From contig CAWFZI010000027.1 in the NCBI GenBank assembly GCA_963820295.1, positions 124,954 to 188,953 on the forward strand: a stretch of DNA of 64,000 nt, in the 5' to 3' direction. The position numbers were made by a program, and so were the translations under genes. Numbering within the stretch: position 1 is the first letter of the stretch; each line of letters begins with the position of its first letter. A model generated the notes under the pieces. The model was not told where the DNA came from. It ran no database searches and worked only from the letters and a program-made list of their open reading frames with translations. Positions 20,908 to 30,991 of the stretch are shown here, piece after piece. Source of the stretch: an uncultured Acidobacteriaceae bacterium. GTDB lineage: Bacteria > Acidobacteriota > Terriglobia > Terriglobales > Acidobacteriaceae.

Positions 20908-21418
20908 GGCAGGTTCCTCCTTGGTTTTTGGCCTAGACCAGCTCCCGTCATCCAAATTCTGACTTCTTAGGCGTTTAGACACCGCAGCAACCCTCCGTGT
21001 TCCTAACGCCAACAATCCCAAAGCGGAAATGCCGCGCTTCTACCACGGGCCGATTCACGAGCAACGCCCTCCCGTACCCCGTACGTCACTAATTCCCCAA
21101 ATCTTTATGCGCGTGGGATTGACGCCGCGAGGGACCAGCGCTACTCTCTCCCCATACACCCCACTTGGCCGCTCTCGCCAACACGGTACAGCTCAAGACC
21201 AGCACCGGTCCGGCGCGTGCCCACTCCACTCTCTCCAACAATCTTTTTACTCATCTCGCAAAAAATCTCTGCGCCCACCTGCCGGCGAATCCCGCAAATG
21301 AATCTAATCCACAATTGCTGCCCCACAGGGCAGCCCCGGAGGCACTCTGAACGCTGATCTGGAGATCACACCGAACCTTGAGCCCCTGTTTGGGACCCGC
21401 GATGAAAACCTCAGGCTG

Positions 21419-22381
21419 ATGGAGGATTCACTTGGCGTAAAGATCGACCTTCGATCCAACGCCGTCCACGTGGCAGGGCCGGAAGAATCGGTGGCTCGCG
21501 TCCAGCGCATCTTTCAAGACTTCGAAGCTCTTCGGAAACAAGGCATTCATCCGCACAATGGCGAATTGAACGGCATGTTGCGCCTGGTTGTGGCCGACCC
21601 CACCACCACCCTCCGTGCCCTCGCTGACTCAGGCAAGCAGCGCGCCTCAGGCGCCGGCGTCAAGCGCTCCGTGCATCCGCGCTCCATCAATCAGCGCAAG
21701 TATGTCGAGGCCATCGAGCAAAACGATATGGTCTTCGGCGTAGGCCCTGCCGGCACCGGCAAAACCTACCTCGCCGTGGCCATGGCCGTTGCCGCCATGA
21801 ACGCCAAAAAGGTCAGCCGCATCGTTCTCGTGCGCCCAGCCGTCGAAGCCGGCGAGCGCCTCGGCTTCCTGCCTGGCAGCCTGCAGGAGAAAGTCGATCC
21901 CTATCTCCGCCCGCTCTACGATGCCCTTTACGACCTCGTCGAGCCCGAGCGCGTCGACAAAATGCTGGAGAAGAACGTCATCGAAGTAGCGCCGCTCGCC
22001 TTCATGCGCGGCCGCACCCTCAACGACGCTTTCATCATCATGGACGAGGCCCAGAACACCACCATCGAGCAGATGAAGATGTTCCTCACGCGCCTCGGCA
22101 ACAACTCCAAAGCCGTCATCACGGGCGACATCACGCAGATCGACCTGCCCAACCCGCGGCGCTCCGGTCTCGTTGATGCTATCAACGTGCTCGACGGCGT
22201 CGAGGGCATCCACTTCTGCCACTTCGAAGACGGCGACGTCGTGCGCCACGCCCTCGTCCAGCGCATCGTGCGAGCTTACGAGTCGAACAAACCGCAGCAG
22301 CAGGAACTGCCCCTTGCTCTTGGCGAAAGCATCCAGGTCGAGCCGCCCCAGCAACCCGCGCAGGCTGCCAAACCGCAATGA
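21419..22381 (+). CDS. phoH: PhoH-family ATPase
   Basis: 320 aa. Walker A GPAGTGKTYLA and the PhoH C-terminal block. Confidence 0.9.
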   Translation: MEDSLGVKIDLRSNAVHVAGPEESVARVQRIFQDFEALRKQGIHPHNGELNGMLRLVVADPTTTLRALADSGKQRASGAGVKRSVHPRSINQRKYVEAIEQNDMVFGVGPAGTGKTYLAVAMAVAAMNAKKVSRIVLVRPAVEAGERLGFLPGSLQEKVDPYLRPLYDALYDLVEPERVDKMLEKNVIEVAPLAFMRGRTLNDAFIIMDEAQNTTIEQMKMFLTRLGNNSKAVITGDITQIDLPNPRRSGLVDAINVLDGVEGIHFCHFEDGDVVRHALVQRIVRAYESNKPQQQELPLALGESIQVEPPQQPAQAAKPQ

Positions 22382-22443
22382 ATCTACCCATCGCGTAAAA
22401 TTGAAGGTGAACCGGAGCCGCGCCCCTTGCGGCTCCGCGCACG

Positions 22444-23058
22444 ATGATCCTTCTCGACCCAGATCTGGACCATTACCCCGCGCCGAAGACATCCTCGGCC
22501 AAACCCAGATCTGCGCCTGCTGCAAAAGCAAAATCTGCGCCCGCCTTGCTCCCTTCCGCGCGTACCCTCGCTCGTTTCCTCAAAGACGCGCAGGCCGCTG
22601 TCCGCCTGCACGGCCGCGTCTCGGTCCTGCTCACAACGGACAAGGCCATCCGCCGCCTCAACCGCCAGTTCCGCAGCATCGACAAGGCCACCGACGTCCT
22701 TTCATTCCCAGCAGCGGAGTTCTTCCAGGACCGGAAAACGAACAAAGAAAAAGTCACCGGTGACCTCGCCATCAGCGTGTCCACGGCACGCCGCCAGGCA
22801 GCCGAGCAGGATCACACCCTCGCCACCGAGCTCAAGGTCCTTATCCTCCACGGCCTGCTCCACCTCGCCGGCTACGATCACGAAACCGACTCCGGCCAGA
22901 TGGCCCGCCGCGAGCGCCGCCTTCGCGCCCAGCTCGGCCTCTCCCACGGCCTCATCGAACGTGCTCAATCCAAACCCACGCGGAAAAAAGTTGGCCCCAT
23001 CGCAGGTCGTGCCCCATCCTTGCGCAGCAAGGGTCGGAAAGTGAGGAGGAAGCCATGA
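22444..23058 (+). CDS. ybeY: Endoribonuclease YbeY (rRNA maturation) with low-complexity N-terminal insert and basic C-terminal tail
   Basis: TDVLSFP and HGLLHLAGYDHETD metal motif. 204 aa, against about 150 usually. Confidence 0.9.
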   Translation: MILLDPDLDHYPAPKTSSAKPRSAPAAKAKSAPALLPSARTLARFLKDAQAAVRLHGRVSVLLTTDKAIRRLNRQFRSIDKATDVLSFPAAEFFQDRKTNKEKVTGDLAISVSTARRQAAEQDHTLATELKVLILHGLLHLAGYDHETDSGQMARRERRLRAQLGLSHGLIERAQSKPTRKKVGPIAGRAPSLRSKGRKVRRKP

Positions 23059-24383
23059 GTGCACTCACCATCTTCCTCCTCCTGCTCGCCGCGGCCATCG
23101 TAACCCTGGCCTCCTACATCAGCCGCGTCTACTCCGAGTTCGGCAAAATCCTCTCCCGTGAGGTCCAGGACAACATCGATGCGTGGGAAGAAAAAGTTGA
23201 GCCGCATCTCGGCCTCAGTCGGGAACACGCCGCTCTCTCCGCAGCAGTGCTGCAGCAGCTTGCGCTTGGCGGCATCGCGCTTGTTTTCGGCGCCGTGCTC
23301 TTCGATCGCGCTCCTCATGCGGCGCGCCCAGATTTTGCTGAAATCATGCAGGCCGTCCTCGGCGTGGTCCTTGTTGTGGTTTTCTGCAACCAGGTTTTCC
23401 CGGCGCTGATCTTCAACCTCACCCGCGGCACCTGGGCCGTACGCATGCTGTGGCCGATCCGGTTTCTGTTGTGGGTCGTCACCCCCGTCACCGTCTTCGT
23501 GCGCTTCTTTGACTCCGTTGCCTCGCTCGCCGAGGCGCAGCCGAACCCCGAAGACGAAGCCTCCGGCAACGTCGAAGCCCTTCTTGAAGCCGGGCAGGAA
23601 GAAGGCATCCTCGAAGAGACCGACCGCGATCTCGTCCGTTCTGCTCTTGAATTCGGCGACAAGCTGGTGCGCGAAGTCATGACCCCGCGCCCGCAGGTCT
23701 TCGCTGTTTCCGAGTCCATCACCCTTGAGGAATTTATCGAGCAGCTGCGCGTGCATAACTTCTCGCGCGTGCCTGTCTTCTCCGGCACACTCGACAACAT
23801 CACCGGCATCGCCTTCGCGCATGACCTGCTGCAAATCGCCGATACCGATGCTCGCACCCGCACCGTGGCAGAAATGCAGCGCCCCGCCGCCTTCGTTCCC
23901 GAAACCAAGCGCGGCTATGAGCTGCTCCGCGAGATGCAGCGGGAGAAGCAGCACATGCGCGTCGTCATCGACGAGTACGGCGGCGTTTCCGGCCTGGTCA
24001 CCATTGAAGACCTGCTCGAACAAATCGTCGGCGACATTAAGGACGAGCACGAAACCGACACGCCCATTGAAGATCCGCAGCGCGAAGCCGCCGGCTCATG
24101 GCTCGTCCCCGGCAGCTTCCCCGTCGATCAGCTCGTCGATCTTTTCGGAGAGCCCGTCGAAATCGACGGGGAGTACGAGGCAACGACCCTCGGCGGCCTG
24201 GTCAGCGAAATCGAAGGCCGCATCCCGCTGCGCGGCGAAGTGGTGATGCTCGATCACGCCGGACGTACGCATCGAAGTCGTCGCCTCCACCGATCGCCGC
24301 GTCGAACGCCTCCGCGTCTTCCCGCCCCACGTCGAAACCGCCGCGCAAGCCTCGTAACGACGGAAGTGCCTGGAAGAGCGTAG
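23055..24383 (+). CDS. DUF21-CBS-CorC_HlyC family (hemolysin/Mg-Co efflux-like) protein with an apparent frameshift at the extreme C-terminus
   Basis: N-terminal TM region, CBS pair and CorC_HlyC domain. After ..VVMLDHAG the frame turns Arg-rich, while the +1 frame reads DVRIEVVASTDRRVERLRVFPPHVETAAQAS* and ends at 24357. Confidence 0.8.
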   Translation: MSALTIFLLLLAAAIVTLASYISRVYSEFGKILSREVQDNIDAWEEKVEPHLGLSREHAALSAAVLQQLALGGIALVFGAVLFDRAPHAARPDFAEIMQAVLGVVLVVVFCNQVFPALIFNLTRGTWAVRMLWPIRFLLWVVTPVTVFVRFFDSVASLAEAQPNPEDEASGNVEALLEAGQEEGILEETDRDLVRSALEFGDKLVREVMTPRPQVFAVSESITLEEFIEQLRVHNFSRVPVFSGTLDNITGIAFAHDLLQIADTDARTRTVAEMQRPAAFVPETKRGYELLREMQREKQHMRVVIDEYGGVSGLVTIEDLLEQIVGDIKDEHETDTPIEDPQREAAGSWLVPGSFPVDQLVDLFGEPVEIDGEYEATTLGGLVSEIEGRIPLRGEVVMLDHAGRTHRSRRLHRSPRRTPPRLPAPRRNRRASLVTTEVPGRA

Positions 24384-24425
24384 CAACCCGAAGATCAACG
24401 GCGATGTCTGAGGAGCAAGAGGGTC

Positions 24426-24827
24426 GTGCCTAAATCAATCGACAGATCGGTATGGAAAACCGCGTGGAAGGTTCTCACGATCAGCGGAGCCGTGCTCGCG
24501 CTGGTGGGATACGGGAGCATCAGCTTTGCCTATATTTCCCGCACGAAAATTTCCCTCCACCTTGCTCAACCTTGGTTGGCCGCTAGCCTGATTTGTTGCG
24601 CACTTGCCGGAGTTGCATGCCTCTCAATCGGCCAGGTGGGTTGGGCGTTGCATCTTGGGAGGTCAGGACGCGCACGCATCACGGCCTTCGGCTTTGCGCT
24701 CCCGATTGCCGTCGCTGTCATGGGATCCGTTTGCGCCGATGGCGAAATGCATGGCGCATTTCCTATTTTCATTCTTCCGATGGTTCCTTTGATCTTCGTT
24801 GCCTTCATTCTGCTCTGGCTGCTGTGA
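24426..24827 (+). CDS. Hypothetical 4-TM membrane protein
   Basis: 133 aa with a GTG start and four hydrophobic segments. I recognise no family. Confidence 0.4.
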   Translation: MPKSIDRSVWKTAWKVLTISGAVLALVGYGSISFAYISRTKISLHLAQPWLAASLICCALAGVACLSIGQVGWALHLGRSGRARITAFGFALPIAVAVMGSVCADGEMHGAFPIFILPMVPLIFVAFILLWLL

Positions 24828-24944
24828 AGGCGTTCCTCAGTTTTGAGAGAACAACTCGCGAACTAGCAATGGCGACGATCACGGTTAGATCACCCCCTAC
24901 TCAATTGCTGATCGATAAAGAATTCCTCTTTCGTGCACCCTCAC

Positions 24945-25493
24945 CTACTTCACTTGATAAAACCGGATGCGCACCGCCGGATGCTCAGACGTTCCAGCGC
25001 CCGTGAGAACATCGATAAACGTCCCGCTCGTCATCCACTCATAATCTCCCTTCGGTGCCTCGAATGTAGGCGACCAATACGAGTTCGCGCGCGGCGCTCC
25101 GCACAGCATTCCCTTGTTCAACACGTTGATGATCGTGCCGTCGGTGGACTGAATCATGTAGTTCGCGGCCAGCGACGCGCAGCCGTTCGGCAGGTGAAGC
25201 TGCCAGTCCCATCCGCCGGGCAGAATCTTCCCATTGAACTTTGGCCCCGTAACTGTGCCGCCCGTGATAGGGATGTAGGTGCGATGGCCGAGTGCGGTAT
25301 CGCCCACGGTGACGGCCTTGTCCAGCGTCACGTACTCTTCAAACACAAACTCCAGCGTGGGAGCAGCGGGCCCTGCCTGGGCCGTCTCCGTCGTTGTTTG
25401 GGCACAAGCCCACTGGCTGCCCGATGCACCCACAAGTGCCGTCACCATCGCGAGCGTTGCGACACCGATCCGGTTGAGCGCGCTTCCTGTCAC
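24945..25493 (-). CDS. Secreted DUF3237-family protein
   Basis: 182 aa with a signal peptide. HRTYIPITGGTVTGPKFNGKILPGGWDW resembles DUF3237. Confidence 0.55.
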   Translation of the reverse strand: MTGSALNRIGVATLAMVTALVGASGSQWACAQTTTETAQAGPAAPTLEFVFEEYVTLDKAVTVGDTALGHRTYIPITGGTVTGPKFNGKILPGGWDWQLHLPNGCASLAANYMIQSTDGTIINVLNKGMLCGAPRANSYWSPTFEAPKGDYEWMTSGTFIDVLTGAGTSEHPAVRIRFYQVK

Positions 25494-25598
25494 GTATTTC
25501 CTCCAGAACCAAAAGATCGAGCATCAGCTGCCCTTCAGCATCCTCCCATACGGGGCCCGCTGAAAATGCCGTAAACTCAGTCAGGAGCAATACCTTCT

Positions 25599-26777
<1,179 letters not shown>

Positions 26778-26794
26778 CCGGTGGACACGACACC

Positions 26795-26906
26795 CCCGAT
26801 CGCACTTCAGTGCGAATGGGGTAAGCGGGCTAGCAAGCCGCCGGGGGCTGAAGCCCCTTCGAGGAATCGAATCATTCAGGGGCTTGAAGGCCCCTGCTCC
26901 CTCCGG
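26795..26906 (+). repeat. Partial family C element followed by a family D element
   Basis: GATCGCACTTCAGTGCGAATGGGGTAAGCGGG, then GGGGCTGAAGCCCC...GGGGCTTGAAGGCCCCTGCTCCCTCCGG. Confidence 0.5.
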
Positions 26907-26966
26907 GTCCATTCCCGCGAAACCCGAGGCACCACAGAATCTCCGCTCCGGAATGTCCTTGAACCC

Positions 26967-28091
26967 CTACGTCCCGTGCACCCGTCCGCGCCCGTCCGAC
27001 TTCACCTCGTACATCCGCGCATCCGCCGCGCCAATGATCGTGTGAATCGTCGATCCATCGGCCGGGGCCGTTGCCAGCCCCACGCTGGCGCTCACTGAGA
27101 GCTGCAGGCTGCCGTTCATCCGGAACTGGGTCGTGGTGAGTTTCTCGTGCACAACCGTCGTCAATTCGTAGGCGTCCGCGCGGCCCGTCTCCGGCATCAC
27201 CACCACAAATTCGTCGCCCCCGTAGCGGAAGCACATATCCTGCGGCCGGCACAGCTCCTGCAGGCGTTGCCCGGCGCGCGAAAGCAGCTCGCTGCCCACC
27301 AGGTGTCCGTGCACATCGTTCACCTGCTTGAATCGGTCGAGGTCGAGAAAGGCCAGGCTCACCGGAAGATGCAGCCGGCTGCACCGCTCCAGTTCTTTTC
27401 CCAGCACATCGTAGAGATGCCGCACGTTGAAAAGGCCCGTCGTATCGTCGGTAATCGTCAACTGCTGGATCCGCGCCACATCGCGCGCATTCTCAATCGC
27501 AATTGCCGCGTGGTCCGCGAGGATATGAAGAAACGCAATCGTGTAGTCGGTCAGCTGATCCTGGCGCGGATTGAAGATTTCAATCGCCCCCTGCGTCCGC
27601 TTGCGCCCGCGAAGAGGCAACGCAATGACCGAGCGCAGCTTCGAACCTCCCGTGGGGCCCTCTTGATGCAAACGCGGATCGTCTTCGTTCTCGGGGACAA
27701 TCAGCGTCTCTCCGTGTTCCACCACCCAGCCGGCTACGCCCTCGCCGATCTTCACCCGGAGGTCGCGCAGAGATTCCTCTTCGCCGCCCGCGGCAATCGC
27801 GTAGTACAAGTCCTGCCGCGTCTCGTCCAGCATCACTAGGCTCCAAAGATCGGCCTGGATAAAGCGTTCCATATGTACAAGGATTGTGCGCAGAATCGTG
27901 TCCAGGTCGAAGCTCGACGTCAGGGAGCGCGCAAGCTGATGAAACACCAGCAGGTCATCGATCGGAATCCGCTTTTCTGGCACGTCCATGGAAGACTCGT
28001 CCGCCGCACGGATTCGGAAGGAAAGCAGGCCAAGCGATTCCAACGGGTCAAACCCGCCCGCACGAAGACCTGAACGCTCAAATCGGTGCAT
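26967..28091 (-). CDS. GAF-domain diguanylate cyclase (GGDEF)
   Basis: 374 aa. N-terminal GAF-like region and an RYGGDEFVVV active site. Confidence 0.85.
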   Translation of the reverse strand: MHRFERSGLRAGGFDPLESLGLLSFRIRAADESSMDVPEKRIPIDDLLVFHQLARSLTSSFDLDTILRTILVHMERFIQADLWSLVMLDETRQDLYYAIAAGGEEESLRDLRVKIGEGVAGWVVEHGETLIVPENEDDPRLHQEGPTGGSKLRSVIALPLRGRKRTQGAIEIFNPRQDQLTDYTIAFLHILADHAAIAIENARDVARIQQLTITDDTTGLFNVRHLYDVLGKELERCSRLHLPVSLAFLDLDRFKQVNDVHGHLVGSELLSRAGQRLQELCRPQDMCFRYGGDEFVVVMPETGRADAYELTTVVHEKLTTTQFRMNGSLQLSVSASVGLATAPADGSTIHTIIGAADARMYEVKSDGRGRVHGT

Positions 28092-28194
28092 ATTTCCTAA
28101 CTAACCCTTGATTTGAATTCTGTCACACGGCGAGGCGCGCCAATGGAAGGAATTGTGCCGCGATGATGACGATGGTTTTTTGGCCCTGAGCAGC

Positions 28195-29223
28195 CTATCC
28201 GCCGATGTGCACCATCGAACGAGACGGCTTGAGAAAGCCGGGTTCGCCAATATGATGGCGGGCTTCTTTGCCTTGGACCGTGCGCCCGATATACTCCCGC
28301 AACTCGTCGTCGCTTTCGCCCCCGCGCATATGCCCGTAGAGGTCATGCTCGATCTGGGAGAAAAGGCAGGTCCGGATCTTGCCGTCCGAGGTAAGCCGCA
28401 CCCGGCTGCAGGCCCCGCAAAAGGCCTGTGTTACCGGTGCAATAATGCCGATTTCGCCGCGTCCATCCTCAAACGTGTAGCGGCGCGCCGTCTCGCTCGC
28501 CTCGCGCGCCGGCAGGGGGTGCAGGGGCATCGCACGGCCGATGCGCTCCACAATCTCCGCCAGCGATACGACAATCTCTGGCGACCACAGACGCCCTTCT
28601 TCCAGGGGCATGAATTCGATAAACCGCACCGCCACGTCTTCGGCACGGGCAAAATGCGCAAACGCCTCAATCTGGTCGTCGTTGAAGCCGCGCATCAGCA
28701 CGCAGTTGACCTTCAGGGGAGTGAGCCCCACCTCGCGCGCTGCCCTGATTCCCCGCAGCACCTTCTCGAAGCTTCCCGGAACCCGCGTGATCCGCTCGAA
28801 AATCCCTGCATCCACGGCATCCATGCTCACCGTCACGCGCTGCAGTCCCGCGTCTTTCAGCGCCCCTGCCATGCCTTCCAGCAGGTGGCCATTCGTCGTC
28901 AACGCCAGGTCCAGCGGCTCACCGCGCAATGTGCGCAACTGTGCCAGCTCCGCAATCAGATCGAGCAGCCCGCGGCGAAGCAGAGGCTCGCCCCCCGTCA
29001 GCCGCAGCTTCTCGATGCCCAGATCCACAAACAGTCGGATCAGTCGCAGATATTCTTCAATGTCCAGTTCGGGATACTGCGCGCCAACCTCGCCCGTTCG
29101 GCAGTAGACGCACTTGTAGTTGCAGCGATCGGTGATCGAAACCCGCAGGTCGTGGATCACACGACCATGGCTATCGGTCAGCCGGAGAGGGGAAGCAATG
29201 GGGGAAGCGGCAGCCATCGACAA
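28195..29223 (-). CDS. moaA: GTP 3',8-cyclase (molybdenum cofactor biosynthesis, radical SAM)
   Basis: 342 aa. CNYKCVYCR radical-SAM cluster and a C-terminal CxxC..C cluster (FCGACSRVRLTSDGKIRTC). Confidence 0.9.
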   Translation of the reverse strand: MSMAAASPIASPLRLTDSHGRVIHDLRVSITDRCNYKCVYCRTGEVGAQYPELDIEEYLRLIRLFVDLGIEKLRLTGGEPLLRRGLLDLIAELAQLRTLRGEPLDLALTTNGHLLEGMAGALKDAGLQRVTVSMDAVDAGIFERITRVPGSFEKVLRGIRAAREVGLTPLKVNCVLMRGFNDDQIEAFAHFARAEDVAVRFIEFMPLEEGRLWSPEIVVSLAEIVERIGRAMPLHPLPAREASETARRYTFEDGRGEIGIIAPVTQAFCGACSRVRLTSDGKIRTCLFSQIEHDLYGHMRGGESDDELREYIGRTVQGKEARHHIGEPGFLKPSRSMVHIGG

Positions 29224-29319
29224 CTTCTAGGCTATACCGTTTCGACAGCGGCTGCATCGCCGAAGCTGCGTCGTCCGTCACAACGCGCCCGGCACAATCA
29301 GCCTGAATAGTTCGACACC

Positions 29320-29598
29320 CTAGTCGATGCGCGGCGTGCCCCGGCGCAAAACCAGCCCCGTCAGCCCGAAACCCGCAATCATGCAGAGCGCCAGCGCGAA
29401 GTAATAGGCCATCGGGTGCGCCCAGCCCGGCGAGTAGGTCAGATCCTGCCCAACCCACAGCAGCAGTACCGTCGCAATCACCGCAAACTGGCCGGCAATC
29501 ACCAGGAACGTATGTCCCAGCTCACGCCGCTTATCCAGCGCCTCTACCTGGTCGGGGGTCAAGTTTCGTTCTTCGGGGGGAAGCAGGGAATTCGCCAT
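29320..29598 (-). CDS. Small hypothetical membrane protein (2 TM)
   Basis: ATG at 29598 is preceded by GGAG. Starts MANSLLPPEERN and has two hydrophobic helices. Confidence 0.4.
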   Translation of the reverse strand: MANSLLPPEERNLTPDQVEALDKRRELGHTFLVIAGQFAVIATVLLLWVGQDLTYSPGWAHPMAYYFALALCMIAGFGLTGLVLRRGTPRID

Positions 29599-29776
29599 TT
29601 CGATCTCCAGGCAGGAGCTTCTACACGCCACCCGCCTACAAATCGATTCAATCACATGCAGGCATTTTTCCGCCACAAGGGGCCGCCGGACAAGCTGCAG
29701 CCCGATCTCTACCTGTTGATGGCATCGAAATTGAATTTAGTCCAGCGCATTCTGCTTCAAGGCGACACTCGCCGAG

Positions 29777-30055
29777 CTATTCCGTCAGAAAAGCCAGCGA
29801 CTGCAGTGAAGTAATCTCGAATGGCTTGCGGCAGCGCACATTCGCACACGACAGCTTGTCGTCGCGTCGCACCATGTACGACTGCGCCTTCGCGAACCGC
29901 GCCCGGTCCCGCTCATCGGCGTTCCGCGGTAGCTGCGCCTTTTTGCGGCGCACCACCCACGTCACTTTGTACTCGCCTGCCTGCCCGCATTTGGGGCACG
30001 TCAGTGTGTGGGTGCGTGCCTCCGTCGTCTCGTTAAAAAAATCCCGTTCTTCCAT
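29777..30055 (-). CDS. Small zinc-ribbon hypothetical protein
   Basis: MEERDFF... with CPKCG...CANVRC cysteine pairs. Confidence 0.4.
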   Translation of the reverse strand: MEERDFFNETTEARTHTLTCPKCGQAGEYKVTWVVRRKKAQLPRNADERDRARFAKAQSYMVRRDDKLSCANVRCRKPFEITSLQSLAFLTE

Positions 30056-30168
30056 CGATTTCCGTTTTTCTCCGCCGTAAGCCCTTCGCCTTCCGCGTGT
30101 TAAAAAATACCTTAACGACGAGTCCGGCCTTTCACTTACGCTCAAACTATTCCATACTCTTCCTTGCC

Positions 30169-30339
30169 ATGACGAAACGCAAGCCGGCTAAATTCTCCGC
30201 CACCAAGGCCGTAAAAGCCAATGCCCGCGAACGCGTGGGACAGCCCAAACCCGCGCGCATTGTCGAGAGCGAGCCGCGCACAGGCCGCGAGGCCAAACAC
30301 AAACCTAAACTGCAAGACCTGATTCAGAAAGGGGAGTAG
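30169..30339 (+). CDS. Small highly basic hypothetical protein (56 aa)
   Basis: MTKRKPAKFSATKAVKANARE.... It ends 2 nt before the VOC gene start. Confidence 0.3.
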   Translation: MTKRKPAKFSATKAVKANARERVGQPKPARIVESEPRTGREAKHKPKLQDLIQKGE

Positions 30340-30340
30340 C

Positions 30341-30730
30341 ATGGCGCAAGCCGTAGCAGTAGGTGGAGTCTTTTTCAAAGCCCGCGACCCGAAAGCCTTG
30401 TCTGCCTGGTACGAGCAACACTTCGGTATCGAGCGTGCCGACGCAACCTCTCTCTTCTTCGACGGACCCAGCGCAGCCGGCATGACCGTCTTCTCGCATT
30501 TCCCCACCGACACCGCCTACTTCGGCCCCGGTACCCAGCAAGCCATGCTCAACCTGCGCGTCGAGAATCTTGACGCGTTGCTCGCCGACCTGGCTGCCGC
30601 CGGCGTCTCCATCGATCCCAAACGAGACGACCAGGCCTACGGCCGCTTTGCCTGGATCATCGACCCGGAAGGCAATCGCGTCGAACTCTGGGAGGCACCG
30701 CCACCCGAATCCGCACCAGATCCCGCATAG
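30341..30730 (+). CDS. VOC (glyoxalase fold) family protein, cytoplasmic paralogue
   Basis: 129 aa. Paralogous to the 19034..19555 product but without a signal. Confidence 0.7.
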   Translation: MAQAVAVGGVFFKARDPKALSAWYEQHFGIERADATSLFFDGPSAAGMTVFSHFPTDTAYFGPGTQQAMLNLRVENLDALLADLAAAGVSIDPKRDDQAYGRFAWIIDPEGNRVELWEAPPPESAPDPA

Positions 30731-30739
30731 GGTCTGCAG

Positions 30740-30970
30740 CTCCAATCCGCACGAAAATGGGTGCCCCAGGTCTCGCTTCTGAGACCTGGGAAAACTGAAT
30801 ACATCCCAGCCGCTCTCAATATCCGCACAAAAAAGTGGTGCCCCATCCAAGCAGCGCTTGGGTGGGAAAGCACGAAACCCACCCGACCTCTGTCATCCCG
30901 AGCGCAGCCGAGGGATCTGCGCACGAATTTGGGTGCCCCTGGTCCCTCGCTGTTGGGGACCAGGGAAAAA
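30740..30970 (+). repeat. Array of four abutting repeat modules: A (30740-30795), B (30817-30873), short C (30891-30920), A (30921-30970)
   Basis: Read directly from the sequence; see findings. Confidence 0.7.
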
Positions 30971-30991
30971 TGGATGCACCTCAGCCCCCTC

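Noticed and set aside
21359-21418. Possible upstream extension of phoH, since the translated upstream frame (LEITPNLEPLFGTRDENLRL) looks PhoH-like.
   Set aside because: Between the in-frame stop at 21347 and the ATG at 21419 the only potential start is a CTG. I kept the ATG, but the true start may be non-canonical.
29224-29319. Possible Moco riboswitch upstream of moaA.
   Set aside because: Only about 96 nt are available, and I could not recognise the conserved Moco RNA motif elements.
30740-30970. Possible CRISPR array, given the closely spaced repeats here and at 56526-56818.
   Set aside because: The units are heterogeneous and of unequal length. The spacers are absent or themselves repetitive. 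The same modules are scattered singly through the window, and no cas genes are present.
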